A stretch of 25,775 bases of DNA from a virus (IMGVR_UViG_3300047159_000049), one strand, 5' to 3'; shown: positions 9,195 to 16,740, numbered from the stretch's first letter. Made by a program: numbers and translations. Notes: generated from the letters alone by a model not told the origin.

Positions 9195-9269
9195 GCAAGT
9201 GTAGTACAACGGCAGTATGCCGGCTTCCCAAGCCGGTGACACGGGATCGTTCACCCGTCACTTGCTCCA
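9195..9269 (+). tRNA. tRNA-Gly(CCC)
   Basis: GCAAGTG/CACTTGC, U73, CCA; atypical T-loop ATCGTTC. Confidence 0.9.
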
Positions 9270-9272
9270 GAT

Positions 9273-9346
9273 GCTGGCATGGTCAAACGGTATGACGGCT
9301 GTCCGCCAGACAGCCTGCACGGGTCCGACACCCGTTGCCAGCTCCA
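9273..9346 (+). tRNA. tRNA-Gly(GCC)
   Basis: GCTGGCA/TGCCAGC, U73; loop CC-GCC-AG; T-loop TCCGACA. Confidence 0.88.
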
Positions 9347-9350
9347 ATAC

Positions 9351-9425
9351 GGTGGCATGGTCTAACGGCTATGATGCTCGCCTGTCACGCGAGCGGTTCC
9401 GGATCGTCCCCGGATGTCACCGCCA
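9351..9425 (+). tRNA. tRNA-Asp(GTC)
   Basis: GGTGGCA/TGTCACC, G73, CCA; T-loop ATCGTCC. Confidence 0.9.
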
Positions 9426-9429
9426 ATAT

Positions 9430-9504
9430 GGGTCTCTAACACATGCGGTAGTGTGGGTGACTGAAAATCACCAGAAGCTGATTCAAACGCAGCGGGGCCC
9501 ACCA
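9430..9504 (+). tRNA. tRNA-Phe(GAA)
   Basis: GGGTCTC/GGGGCCC, loop CT-GAA-AA, irregular T arm, CCA. Confidence 0.85.
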
Positions 9505-9511
9505 ATTCAAT

Positions 9512-9586
9512 GGGGCTTTAGCTCAGTGGGAGAGCGCCTCCATGGCATGGAGGATGTCGAGGGTTCAAATCCCTCAAGTTCCACCA
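9512..9586 (+). tRNA. tRNA-Ala(GGC)
   Basis: GGGGCTT/AAGTTCC with G3.U70, TTCAAAT, CCA. Confidence 0.95.
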
Positions 9587-9590
9587 ATGT

Positions 9591-9679
9591 AGAGACTTGG
9601 CCGAACGGTAAGGCAATCGGTTGGAAGCCGATCGAGCGATCAACATCGCGAGCAGGTCCGACTCCTGTAGTCTCTGCCA
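9591..9679 (+). tRNA. tRNA-Ser(GGA)
   Basis: Long variable arm, G73, T-loop TCCGACT, CCA. Confidence 0.92.
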
Positions 9680-9683
9680 TCAT

Positions 9684-9762
9684 CGGGCTGTGGCCCAGCT
9701 TGGACTACGGCGCTTGCTTCGGGAGCAAGACATCGCAGGTTCGAATCCTGTCAGCCCGACCA
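9684..9762 (+). tRNA. tRNA-Pro(CGG)
   Basis: CGGGCTG/CAGCCCG, TTCGAAT, CCA. Confidence 0.93.
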
Positions 9763-9766
9763 ATAT

Positions 9767-9842
9767 GCCTCCTTAGCTCAGCGGCAGAGCAGCGGTCTCT
9801 TAAACCGTGGGTCCGGGGTCCGAATCCCCGAGGGGGGCACCA
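9767..9842 (+). tRNA. tRNA-Lys(CTT)
   Basis: Cloverleaf, T-loop TCCGAAT; one extra G in the 3' acceptor G-run (probable homopolymer error). Confidence 0.92.
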
Positions 9843-9856
9843 ATTACTATCAGATT

Positions 9857-9933
9857 CTCGACGTAGATCAATGGACAAGATCGGCTCTCCCCTAAAGAGC
9901 AGGTTCTAGGTTCGAATCCTAGCGTCGGGGCCA
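9857..9933 (+). tRNA. tRNA-Arg(CCT)
   Basis: CTCGACG/CGTCGGG, loop CC-CCT-AA, TTCGAAT, CCA. Confidence 0.9.
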
Positions 9934-9935
9934 AT

Positions 9936-10011
9936 GCCCAAGTAAGCCAGCGGACAGACGGAAGTTCCTCTAAAGCTTCAGGCAGAGGTTCGAATCCTCT
10001 CTTGGGCGCCA
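9936..10011 (+). tRNA. tRNA-Arg(TCT)
   Basis: GCCCAAG/CTTGGGC, anticodon stem AAGTT/AGCTT, loop CC-TCT-AA; weak D stem. Confidence 0.82.
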
Positions 10012-10014
10012 GAT

Positions 10015-10096
10015 GCTTGCTTGGCGCAATGGAAGACGCAGCGGACTCAAAATCCGCCGGGAAACCTTCAGGGTCCGAGTCCCTGAGCAAGCACCA
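10015..10096 (+). tRNA. tRNA-Leu(CAA)
   Basis: Variable arm with GAAA loop, T-loop TCCGAGT, A73, CCA. Confidence 0.93.
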
Positions 10097-10103
10097 TTCA
10101 TGT

Positions 10104-10190
10104 GGAGGATTACTCAAACGGCAAGAGGCCTGTTCGCTAAACAGGTAGCGGGTAACTCCGGAGTTGGTTCGACCCCAACATCCTCCGCCA
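10104..10190 (+). tRNA. tRNA-Ser(GCT)
   Basis: GGAGGAT/ATCCTCC, long variable arm, C33, G73. Confidence 0.92.
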
Positions 10191-10194
10191 TCAT

Positions 10195-10270
10195 CGTGAT
10201 GTCGTCTAATTCGGCAGGACACGTGCCTTGGGAGCACGGAATGAGGGATCGAAGCCCTACATCACGACCA
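10195..10270 (+). tRNA. tRNA-Pro(TGG)
   Basis: CGTGATG/CATCACG, T-loop ATCGAAG, CCA. Confidence 0.9.
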
Positions 10271-10274
10271 TTAT

Positions 10275-10361
10275 AGTGGGTTGACCGAACGGCAAGGTAT
10301 CGGCTTCGAAAGCCGACGAACGGGAAACCGCGAGCGGGTTCGACTCCTGCACCCACTGCCA
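10275..10361 (+). tRNA. tRNA-Ser(CGA)
   Basis: Long variable arm, TTCGACT, G73, CCA. Confidence 0.93.
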
Positions 10362-10366
10362 TTTGT

Positions 10367-10454
10367 AGAGGGCTGGCCGAGCGGCAAGGCATCGCGTCTG
10401 AGGCGCGACGAAGGACAGCATCCTGGGCGGGTTCGACTCCTGCGCCCTCTGCCA
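10367..10454 (+). tRNA. tRNA-Ser(TGA)
   Basis: Long variable arm, loop TC-TGA-GG, TTCGACT, G73. Confidence 0.9.
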
Positions 10455-10507
10455 AAAACGGGAAATAAAAAATAAATTCCCCGCGACGATCCGATCCGAT
10501 ACGATAT

Positions 10508-10582
10508 GGTCCCATAGAACAGCGTATTGTTCGCCGGGTTCTCAACCCGGAGATCGAGGGCAGGCACCTCATGGGATCACCA
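10508..10582 (+). tRNA. tRNA-Glu(CTC)
   Basis: GGTCCCA/TGGGATC, CCGGG-TTCTCAA-CCCGG; highly atypical T-loop GCAGGCA. Confidence 0.82.
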
Positions 10583-10584
10583 AT

Positions 10585-10660
10585 GGTCGCTTAGGCAATC
10601 GGCAAAGCCATGGGATTTTCACTCCTATATCAGCGCGATCGACACGCGCAGCGATCACCA
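10585..10660 (+). tRNA. tRNA-Glu(TTC)
   Basis: GGTCGCT/AGCGATC, T-loop ATCGACA, CCA. Confidence 0.88.
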
Positions 10661-10666
10661 TCACAT

Positions 10667-10742
10667 TCCCCTTTAGGCAAGCGGCTAAGCCACGAAGCTC
10701 TGAACTTCGCATAGCCACGCTCGACACGTGGAAGGGGAACCA
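10667..10742 (+). tRNA. tRNA-Gln(CTG)
   Basis: TCCCCTT/AAGGGGA (U1-A72), T-loop CTCGACA; near-duplicate of 11013-11088 outside the anticodon arm. Confidence 0.9.
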
Positions 10743-10744
10743 CT

Positions 10745-10818
10745 AGGGGTTTAGTCCAACGGTAGGACGGCGGTCCCCAAAACCGCTAACGGAGGTCCGA
10801 CACCTTCAACCTCTGCCA
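10745..10818 (+). tRNA. tRNA-Trp(CCA)
   Basis: AGGGGTT/AACCTCT, G73, loop CC-CCA-AA, TCCGACA. Confidence 0.9.
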
Positions 10819-10831
10819 TCAGAATTCTAGT

Positions 10832-10925
10832 CGGAAGAGCGCGCCGGTAACGCGTCCGCTTCCGGGGGATGCGCGCCATCGCATCCCATTATAACGGGAG
10901 GGCGGCTGCTGAGGCGCCCTCCCCA
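10832..10925 (+). ncRNA. Three-hairpin GC-rich element inside the tRNA array (unknown)
   Basis: CGGAAG..CTTCCG; GGGATGCG/CGCATCCC; GGGAGGGCG/CGCCCTCCC; not a cloverleaf. Confidence 0.45.
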
Positions 10926-10932
10926 TCAAGAT

Positions 10933-11006
10933 GGGTCTTTAGCTCAACGATAGAGCGCTCGGCCGTTAACCGAACAACAAGCGTCTGACTCGCTTAAGGC
11001 CCGCCA
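10933..11006 (+). tRNA. tRNA-Asn(GTT)
   Basis: GGGTCTT/AAGGCCC, G73; C33; D-loop A19 with T-loop T56 (TCTGACT). Confidence 0.88.
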
Positions 11007-11012
11007 ACTTAT

Positions 11013-11088
11013 TCCCCTTTAGGCAAGCGGTCAAGCCACAGGACCTTGAATCCTGCATAGCCACGCTCGACACGTGGAAGGGGAACCA
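11013..11088 (+). tRNA. tRNA-Gln(TTG)
   Basis: Same body as Gln(CTG); loop CC-TTG-AA. Confidence 0.9.
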
Positions 11089-11091
11089 CAT

Positions 11092-11169
11092 CTCCCATTA
11101 GCTCAACTGGATCAGAGCGTGTCGCCACGGACGATAAGGTTAGGGGTTCAAATCCTCTATGGGAGACCA
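11092..11169 (+). tRNA. tRNA-Arg(ACG)
   Basis: CTCCCAT/ATGGGAG, loop CC-ACG-GA, TTCAAAT. Confidence 0.9.
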
Positions 11170-11173
11170 ATTT

Positions 11174-11248
11174 GCTTCGATAGCTCAGCGGCAGAGCAGC
11201 GGGCTTTTAACCCGTGGGTCCAGAGTCCGAATCTCTGTCGAAGCACCA
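11174..11248 (+). tRNA. tRNA-Lys(TTT)
   Basis: GCTTCGA/TCGAAGC, TCCGAAT, CCA. Confidence 0.93.
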
Positions 11249-11251
11249 GAT

Positions 11252-11325
11252 GCCCTTGTAGTTAAACGGCAGAACGGATCCATGGTAAGGATCAGGTCTC
11301 AGTCCGACTCTGGGTGAGGGCACCA
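11252..11325 (+). tRNA. tRNA-Thr(GGT)
   Basis: GCCCTTG/TGAGGGC, TCCGACT, CCA. Confidence 0.9.
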
Positions 11326-11332
11326 ATTGCAT

Positions 11333-11406
11333 GGCCGAGTCGTTCAACGGTAGGACAGACGCCCCATACGCGTCGAACGGAAGTCCAACTCTTCTCTCGG
11401 CTACCA
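11333..11406 (+). tRNA. tRNA-Met/Ile2(CAT)
   Basis: GGCCGAG/CTCGGCT, loop CC-CAT-AC, TCCAACT; Met versus Ile2 cannot be resolved by eye. Confidence 0.85.
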
Positions 11407-11411
11407 AATTC

Positions 11412-11487
11412 GCCGGTCTAGTTCAGTGGCAGAACAGCCGTCTCGTAAGCGGCAAACCATTGGGTCCGATTCCCTGGCCCGGCACCA
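11412..11487 (+). tRNA. tRNA-Thr(CGT)
   Basis: GCCGGTC/GCCCGGC, loop CT-CGT-AA, TCCGATT. Confidence 0.88.
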
Positions 11488-11505
11488 TACGATACTAACA
11501 CGATT

Positions 11506-11590
11506 GCTTGAGTGGCGGAACCGGTATACGCAACGGACTTAAAATCCGTCGCCTTAGGGCTTGCGGGTCCGAATCCCGCCTCAAGCACCA
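11506..11590 (+). tRNA. tRNA-Leu(TAA)
   Basis: Long variable arm, TCCGAAT, A73. Confidence 0.93.
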
Positions 11591-11595
11591 CATCT

Positions 11596-11670
11596 GCTCG
11601 ATTAGCTCAGCGGGAGAGCGGCCCCTTTACACGGGGCGGGTCGTCGGTCCAAACCCGGCATCGAGTACCA
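11596..11670 (+). tRNA. tRNA-Val(TAC)
   Basis: GCTCGAT/ATCGAGT, TCCAAAC, CCA. Confidence 0.92.
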
Positions 11671-11673
11671 TTT

Positions 11674-11748
11674 GCCTCTATAGCTCAGTAGGAAGAGCGG
11701 GCGTCTTGTAAGCGTCTGATTCCCGTCCGAATCGGAATGGAGGCACCA
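11674..11748 (+). tRNA. tRNA-Thr(TGT)
   Basis: GCCTCTA/TGGAGGC, loop CT-TGT-AA, TCCGAAT. Confidence 0.9.
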
Positions 11749-11751
11749 TTT

Positions 11752-11827
11752 GTCCCAATAATCCAACGGCAGAGATGACAGCCTTAGAAGCTGTACAGTC
11801 CTGGTTCAAATCCAGGTTGGGACACCA
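11752..11827 (+). tRNA. tRNA with TAG anticodon (nominal Leu) and short variable loop
   Basis: GTCCCAA/TTGGGAC, ACAGC-CTTAGAA-GCTGT, 5-nt variable loop, TTCAAAT. Confidence 0.88.
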
Positions 11828-11833
11828 TTACAT

Positions 11834-11908
11834 CCTGGTGTAGCTCAGCGGTAGAGCGATCGGCTGATAACCGATAGGTCGGGAGGCCAGCACTCTCTAC
11901 CAGGACCA
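11834..11908 (+). tRNA. tRNA-Ile(GAT)
   Basis: CCTGGTG/TACCAGG, loop CT-GAT-AA, atypical T-loop GCCAGCA. Confidence 0.87.
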
Positions 11909-11911
11909 TTT

Positions 11912-11986
11912 GTCCGATTAGTTCAGCGGGAGAACGCTTCCTTGACATGGAAGAGGTCGATCGATCGTCACGATCATCGGACACCA
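11912..11986 (+). tRNA. tRNA-Val(GAC)
   Basis: GTCCGAT/ATCGGAC, T-loop ATCGTCA. Confidence 0.9.
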
Positions 11987-11992
11987 ATATTT

Positions 11993-12067
11993 CTTCGCGT
12001 AGCTCAGCGGGAGAGCGTCCCCTTCACGAGGGGAAGGCCGATCGACCATCACGATCCGCGAAGACCA
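11993..12067 (+). tRNA. tRNA-Val(CAC)
   Basis: CTTCGCG/CGCGAAG, T-loop ACCATCA. Confidence 0.88.
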
Positions 12068-12070
12068 GAT

Positions 12071-12144
12071 GGGTCTGTAGTTCAACGGGAAAACGCTGCT
12101 TCCGCAAGGCAAAGTTCCGGGTTCGATTCCCGGTAGATCCACCA
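12071..12144 (+). tRNA. tRNA-Ala(CGC)
   Basis: GGGTCTG/TAGATCC with G3.U70, loop TC-CGC-AA, TTCGATT. Confidence 0.9.
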
Positions 12145-12151
12145 TTCTGAT

Positions 12152-12226
12152 GAGGACTCTAGCCTAAAGGTAAGGCATCCGACTGTGAATCGGAAAAAGC
12201 CGGGTCAGTACCGACGAGTCCTCCCA
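12152..12226 (+). tRNA. tRNA-His(GTG)
   Basis: G-1:C73 pair, AGGACTC/GAGTCCT, loop CT-GTG-AA, T-loop GTCAGTA. Confidence 0.9.
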
Positions 12227-12232
12227 TTCTAT

Positions 12233-12318
12233 GCCCTCGTGGCGAAATTGGTATACGCGCTGCTTTGAGGTGGCAGTGATCCAAAGTCGTACAGGTTCAA
12301 GTCCTGCCGAGGGCACCA
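12233..12318 (+). tRNA. tRNA-Leu(GAG)
   Basis: Long variable arm, TTCAAGT, A73, CCA. Confidence 0.92.
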
Positions 12319-12326
12319 GACACAAT

Positions 12327-12354
12327 AGCCCAAGAGATATCTTGGGCTTTTCTT
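12327..12354 (+). terminator. Intrinsic terminator closing the tRNA array
   Basis: AGCCCAAGA-gata-TCTTGGGCT followed by TTTTCTT. Confidence 0.88.
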
Positions 12355-12355
12355 G

Positions 12356-12384
12356 TTATCACGGGCAGTTCGAAAATATATGAT
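12356..12384 (+). promoter_or_regulatory. Possible sigma70-type promoter
   Basis: TTATCA-N17-TATGAT. Confidence 0.45.
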
Positions 12385-12409
12385 TTAATTGAAGAAAGGA
12401 GGATGGATC

Positions 12410-12775
12410 ATGACCAAAGTCGTGTCCGTCTGCAGATCGCTATGCAAAGCAAGCGATCAAGCATACTCTGAGCTTCTTGATGAGATAGATCGTGGTGGCA
12501 TCCGCCTTCACGTCGTCGAGTTGAGAAAGCTCAATAGGATGTTTCCGCATCCTATCAAAGGATGGAAGACCACAGGATATCGCTCCATAGATGGCCTGGA
12601 CGTCTACATCGAGAAAACCTCAATGGCCAACTCAGTGCATCTTCTGATGCACGAGCTGACGCATTCAGTTCAGGCGAATTCAGGGTTAGACCTGAGATCG
12701 CCTGGCATAGAAGACGAAGCCGAGAGAATCGGCTTCAGATTCTACAAGAGGTATCAAAGATCGGTTGGCAAATAG
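12410..12775 (+). CDS. Small zinc metallopeptidase-like protein (HEXXH)
   Basis: RBS AGAAAGGAGG; LLMHELTHSVQ followed by EDEAE (third-ligand Glu pattern of ImmA/IrrE-like and related zincins). Confidence 0.7.
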   Translation: MTKVVSVCRSLCKASDQAYSELLDEIDRGGIRLHVVELRKLNRMFPHPIKGWKTTGYRSIDGLDVYIEKTSMANSVHLLMHELTHSVQANSGLDLRSPGIEDEAERIGFRFYKRYQRSVGK

Positions 12776-12827
12776 CTGGCCGATCTTTTTTACGACCGCA
12801 ACAATAGATTATCGGAGGATAGTTGCT

Positions 12828-13145
12828 ATGACATACAACGAAAGATGCGCTAAAATGATCAGCGCCGGATACGATCCGGACAACATAACCTGGGAAGAGG
12901 TCTGCATCCTTGAAGGATGGAATCCTACCGGGGACCCGAAGAAAGACGAGGAAGCCAGAGCTAAGAATGGCGGAAAGCCGGCCCCGATGATCCAGTCGCA
13001 CATCCCCGCCAAAGACAACGCCATCCAAGCCATCAAAAATCAGCTATCAGATCTTGAATACGATTACGCTCATTATCATGTCGGACCTTCAGACTATGCC
13101 GAGAAGAAAGCAGCTCTTCAGACAAAGCTGAATGGATTGAAGTGA
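12828..13145 (+). CDS. Hypothetical protein
   Basis: RBS GGAGGA, ATG 12828, 105 aa. Confidence 0.75.
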   Translation: MTYNERCAKMISAGYDPDNITWEEVCILEGWNPTGDPKKDEEARAKNGGKPAPMIQSHIPAKDNAIQAIKNQLSDLEYDYAHYHVGPSDYAEKKAALQTKLNGLK

Positions 13146-13224
13146 TTCGTTTGGGCTGAAGACAGCATTCGTGCAGCCGGTATTCGGTCCACCTCTAGGC
13201 TGGGAAAGTTCTCGCCAAGATAGA

Positions 13225-13257
13225 TCCCCGAGAGATCGGGGGTTTATTTTATTTTTT
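13225..13257 (+). terminator. Intrinsic terminator
   Basis: CCCCG-agagat-CGGGG followed by TTTATTTTATTTTTT. Confidence 0.7.
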
Positions 13258-13265
13258 CCTCAGCA

Positions 13266-13294
13266 TTGACCTCCGCTCCTAGGCATGGTATCAT
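13266..13294 (+). promoter_or_regulatory. sigma70/sigmaA-type promoter
   Basis: TTGACC-N17-TATCAT with TG extended -10. Confidence 0.7.
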
Positions 13295-13300
13295 TTCGTC

Positions 13301-14257
13301 GTGGAAAGAAGGCTATTTGAGATGGACATCATCAAAAATACTAAGACCAACGAGATGAGAGGATGCGACAAGATTTATGCTGTTTTAGCAGCACATAAGC
13401 ATGAATCACGTCCATATGATGAAGACTTACCAGACATCTATGTTTTGGAATTCGGAAGATTCCCGATCAATGAAGATTTTTACAATTTCGAATACAGCGG
13501 ATCAAAGCAAGACATAAATGCGTTGTATGATCTGTATAATGATCAAGGCAAAGAGATTGCTGAAGTAATCACTAGGGCGATAGCTACTTCGAAAGGCTCA
13601 TCAGAGGATTTAATCAAGATGCTTGGAGGAGCTGCCGCTGTAGCATCATTTTGCGCGATCATTTCTGATGATCTTATGTGCAAAGATACTATTAAGTATT
13701 TATATAATAATGATTGCGATTTCAAAGCTGCGAATGCAAAAGGATTTTATAAAAATATCTTTGACATAGACGATAATTTATACAAGATGTCGTCGCATGA
13801 TTTAAGATTACATATGGCAGAAAATGTATGCACAAACGCCAAACTAATCGATACATTGATGAATAAGGCGGACGATGTTGATTCTAGATATACCTTTATG
13901 GGCATGCTGTACAATAATGCTAAAAACATCGACGACGATACGAAAGCGTATGAGAAGATGACTTTGTTTGGAAAGCCTATCACCATGTATCTAATGGAGC
14001 CTGGAGATTTTAAGCAGTGGCTTTATTGGATGATCTTTGACATAAACAGCGATTTGGCCATAAAGCTTATGTCTGATCAAGGATATGCCTCAACGGTGAT
14101 TTCCAAGATTCAGAAAGAGATCGATGATGCCATCAATAGAAAGAACGAATCTAATACGAGAGCCGATGCCGAAATAGATATCCTTAAGCACAAACTCGAG
14201 GATTTCAAGAAACTAAACTGCTCAGGCGGCGGGATTTCCTGGGAAGACGAGAAATGA
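13301..14257 (+). CDS. Hypothetical protein (AT-richer than neighbours; start may be ATG 13322)
   Basis: 318-aa ORF downstream of a promoter. Confidence 0.8.
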   Translation: MERRLFEMDIIKNTKTNEMRGCDKIYAVLAAHKHESRPYDEDLPDIYVLEFGRFPINEDFYNFEYSGSKQDINALYDLYNDQGKEIAEVITRAIATSKGSSEDLIKMLGGAAAVASFCAIISDDLMCKDTIKYLYNNDCDFKAANAKGFYKNIFDIDDNLYKMSSHDLRLHMAENVCTNAKLIDTLMNKADDVDSRYTFMGMLYNNAKNIDDDTKAYEKMTLFGKPITMYLMEPGDFKQWLYWMIFDINSDLAIKLMSDQGYASTVISKIQKEIDDAINRKNESNTRADAEIDILKHKLEDFKKLNCSGGGISWEDEK

Positions 14258-14931
14258 GCGACCGAGGATACATTGGAACGGCTAACGAGTCTAATGGCCT
14301 TTTCATGATCGATCGCCAAAAATCGTTTGTGAATGTCAGATCGGAAATGGAAAACAGCCCAGACGATTGGCATATCGCCGGGATGGTCAAGCTCCATGAT
14401 GGCAAAATCGATACCGGAAAGATCAAGTCGTATAACATGATTCTTGTTAAGAACGACATCGATATCTCCGGCAAATCGCCATCGGTTTTGATATTTCCGG
14501 CTGTTACCGATGAATACATTCCAATGATTCCAGCCGTCAAAGATGCCTATGACGCAGCGACAAGCAAATTCATCATTTCCAATCCTGGGAATTGCAAAAG
14601 CTACATCATAATGGAAACGCCAAAAGCCCCCAATTGCAAAATAGACATGTTCGTCGGCATCACTGCCAAGTCTTGTCGCACATCGATAGACTTCGGAGTG
14701 AGGATCAAGGACAGTGATCCGCTCACTCTTTCAGTAACGTCAGACATCAACGAATACGTCAAGTGCGCCCAGAAATGGGATGCGAGCCATATCAAGCTTC
14801 AGCTGATAGAGATCCATACCTGCAGCGTCACAACAAGCGCAAGGCTTCTGCGAAGCATAGTGGCTTCCTTCCCGAAGTCAGAGCAGGAAAACCCAGCTAT
14901 CGCAACAGCCCTTCTTAACGTCGAAATCTGA
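14254..14931 (+). CDS. Hypothetical protein
   Basis: ATGA overlap with the upstream stop; 225 aa. Confidence 0.8.
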   Translation: MSDRGYIGTANESNGLFMIDRQKSFVNVRSEMENSPDDWHIAGMVKLHDGKIDTGKIKSYNMILVKNDIDISGKSPSVLIFPAVTDEYIPMIPAVKDAYDAATSKFIISNPGNCKSYIIMETPKAPNCKIDMFVGITAKSCRTSIDFGVRIKDSDPLTLSVTSDINEYVKCAQKWDASHIKLQLIEIHTCSVTTSARLLRSIVASFPKSEQENPAIATALLNVEI

Positions 14932-14984
14932 TATCTCTGGCAAATCGCGCATGAACGATATATGATACTTGTGACTAGAAAGGA

Positions 14985-15830
14985 ATGTTCATGGAAAATA
15001 TTTTTAAAATCCTCAGGAACTACATCCTAATCAAACGGTTCCCGTTTCTGCATCCTCCCGAAGATTATTGCGGCAACGCTTTGGCAAAGCATGACTACCG
15101 CTACACGTACCTCGATGACATCCCAGACGGATGGCGAAAGGCATTCGGAGTGAAGCTCTGCAAGGAGCTGAAAGCCCAGCTTAAGAAAGATGGGCTCCTG
15201 GAGAAGTACCAGGTGGAGCAGGTGAAAGAGAAATACGGAACGCTTTGCTGGTATGACAGCGGAGGCAATGAGGCAACCGAGGAGATCGTCATGAAATACG
15301 AAGACGTCTCAGAATCGGTGTGCGCCCTTTGCGGAAAGCCGTCGTCTTACATCACGAGCGGGTATGTCTTGTACATATGCAAAGCTTGCTATGAGAAATC
15401 CGTCAAGCACGAATACGCCAGCAAGCTAACGTGGAGCGACACCCCTCATAGGAACTATCGCCTTGACAGCGGCGATTACGTCAATAAATTCTCGCCTATA
15501 GAAAGCACATTCGAGAAGATATGGGACCCGATAACCCCGAGTCGGTCGGAGGACGTCATCATGGACGCTGAATGCAGAAAAGCCGAAATCAAGAGAGACC
15601 TGTGCATACAGATCGCTCAATTCACCATCAATGACGCGTACGATTATCTGTCAAGGATGTTCATGCGCGTCGACGACGAGCGCGATGATCCTGATCATGA
15701 CGCGTACAAACAGCAGATCGACATCATTTTGGCTGAGCTCAGCGCGCTGCGCAAGAAGTTCGGAGGCGACGCCATCGTCGACTACGACTTCACGAACAGC
15801 GAATTGAAGACCAGCAAAGCCGGCGCGTGA
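14985..15830 (+). CDS. Conserved-looking phage hypothetical protein
   Basis: RBS AGAAAGGA; DIPDGW and QVKEKYGTLCWY motifs plus CxxC, a pattern I recall from uncharacterised phage proteins. Confidence 0.8.
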   Translation: MFMENIFKILRNYILIKRFPFLHPPEDYCGNALAKHDYRYTYLDDIPDGWRKAFGVKLCKELKAQLKKDGLLEKYQVEQVKEKYGTLCWYDSGGNEATEEIVMKYEDVSESVCALCGKPSSYITSGYVLYICKACYEKSVKHEYASKLTWSDTPHRNYRLDSGDYVNKFSPIESTFEKIWDPITPSRSEDVIMDAECRKAEIKRDLCIQIAQFTINDAYDYLSRMFMRVDDERDDPDHDAYKQQIDIILAELSALRKKFGGDAIVDYDFTNSELKTSKAGA

Positions 15831-16600
15831 CATCGCCGAAGAAAGGACAAATGAATTTTATGAATAAGACCACAGAAGTGTCGGAGATCCTGGCTCTCAT
15901 CGGAGCCATGACGACCGCCAAGAGATACGAGCTTAACGCCCAACAGACAAACGAGGCGCAATCGGTGTCTGCCCTAGGGGCGATCAACGCCCTGTCCGAG
16001 CTCGACCACGAAATCCGCAACCGCCTCGAAGAAGAGGCGAAGCCAGCTCCGGCTGAGGCCAATCCCCAGCCGCAGCAAACGCTTCTCGAAGGCAAGGATC
16101 CGGAAGGCCAATTCGAGGATAAGACCCCTGACCGCAGCGAAGAGGACGCCGCCAAGGCGCATGCCGCAAGCAAGCAGGAGATCATCCATTCCAAATACGC
16201 CAAGCGCGACGCCGACAAAGACAGCGCCTTGATGAGCGACCCCAATTCGGTCAACGTCAAGATGACCATCGCCGGCCAAACGTCGACGATGTACGTCGGC
16301 ATCATCAAAGCCGCTCCGGACAATCCCGGGGCCAAATACCATCATCGCGACACCTTCCACATCCTTCTCGTCGGAGATCCGGCGACCGAGATGGGATCCA
16401 GCGTCTCGAGGAGCGATTCGGCGGACATCCACTTCCCGGGATCCAAGGGCAACCAATACGACAAGATCGACAAACTGCTCGTCCATGTGATGAGAGTCAA
16501 TGAGAACGATGGCAATATGTACAAGTATCGCCGCGTCTTCTGCGACTGCTTCGCCCAGGCGCTCCGCAACTGCGGATACCTCGCTGCGAAGAAAAAATAA
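15827..16600 (+). CDS. Hypothetical protein (start possibly ATG 15851)
   Basis: 257-aa ORF; RBS GAAAGGA before ATG 15851. Confidence 0.8.
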   Translation: MTSPKKGQMNFMNKTTEVSEILALIGAMTTAKRYELNAQQTNEAQSVSALGAINALSELDHEIRNRLEEEAKPAPAEANPQPQQTLLEGKDPEGQFEDKTPDRSEEDAAKAHAASKQEIIHSKYAKRDADKDSALMSDPNSVNVKMTIAGQTSTMYVGIIKAAPDNPGAKYHHRDTFHILLVGDPATEMGSSVSRSDSADIHFPGSKGNQYDKIDKLLVHVMRVNENDGNMYKYRRVFCDCFAQALRNCGYLAAKKK

Positions 16601-16666
16601 AATAAATCCCTGGACGGAATCGGCAATAGATACTACAATATCTATGATCCCATCCAGGGGTGTCGC

Positions 16667-16740
16667 GCGGGATTTGTTCAATGGTAGAACATCACCCCTC
16701 CAAGGTGAATACGCGGGTCCGATTCCCGTATCTCGCTCCA
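16667..16740 (+). tRNA. tRNA-Gly(TCC)
   Basis: GCGGGAT/ATCTCGC, U73, loop CC-TCC-AA, TCCGATT. Confidence 0.92.

Noticed and set aside
9956-9980. Amber suppressor tRNA (CTA) and genome-wide stop-codon recoding
   Set aside because: The best anticodon stem gives loop CC-TCT-AA (Arg). No CTA/TCA/TTA anticodons were found. TGA ends most genes, TAG ends 12775 and 24417, and Trp is encoded by TGG in conserved genes.
10484-10506. CGAT(C/A) pentamer run before tRNA-Glu
   Set aside because: Only four short units; too small to separate from chance or simple slippage.
9052-12150. ORF-track entries overlapping the tRNA array (both strands)
   Set aside because: They are translations of tRNA genes, with no RBS or coding bias.
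12147-12154. Hammerhead core CTGATGAG
   Set aside because: It overlaps the 5' end of tRNA-His, and no GAAA or stems complete the ribozyme.
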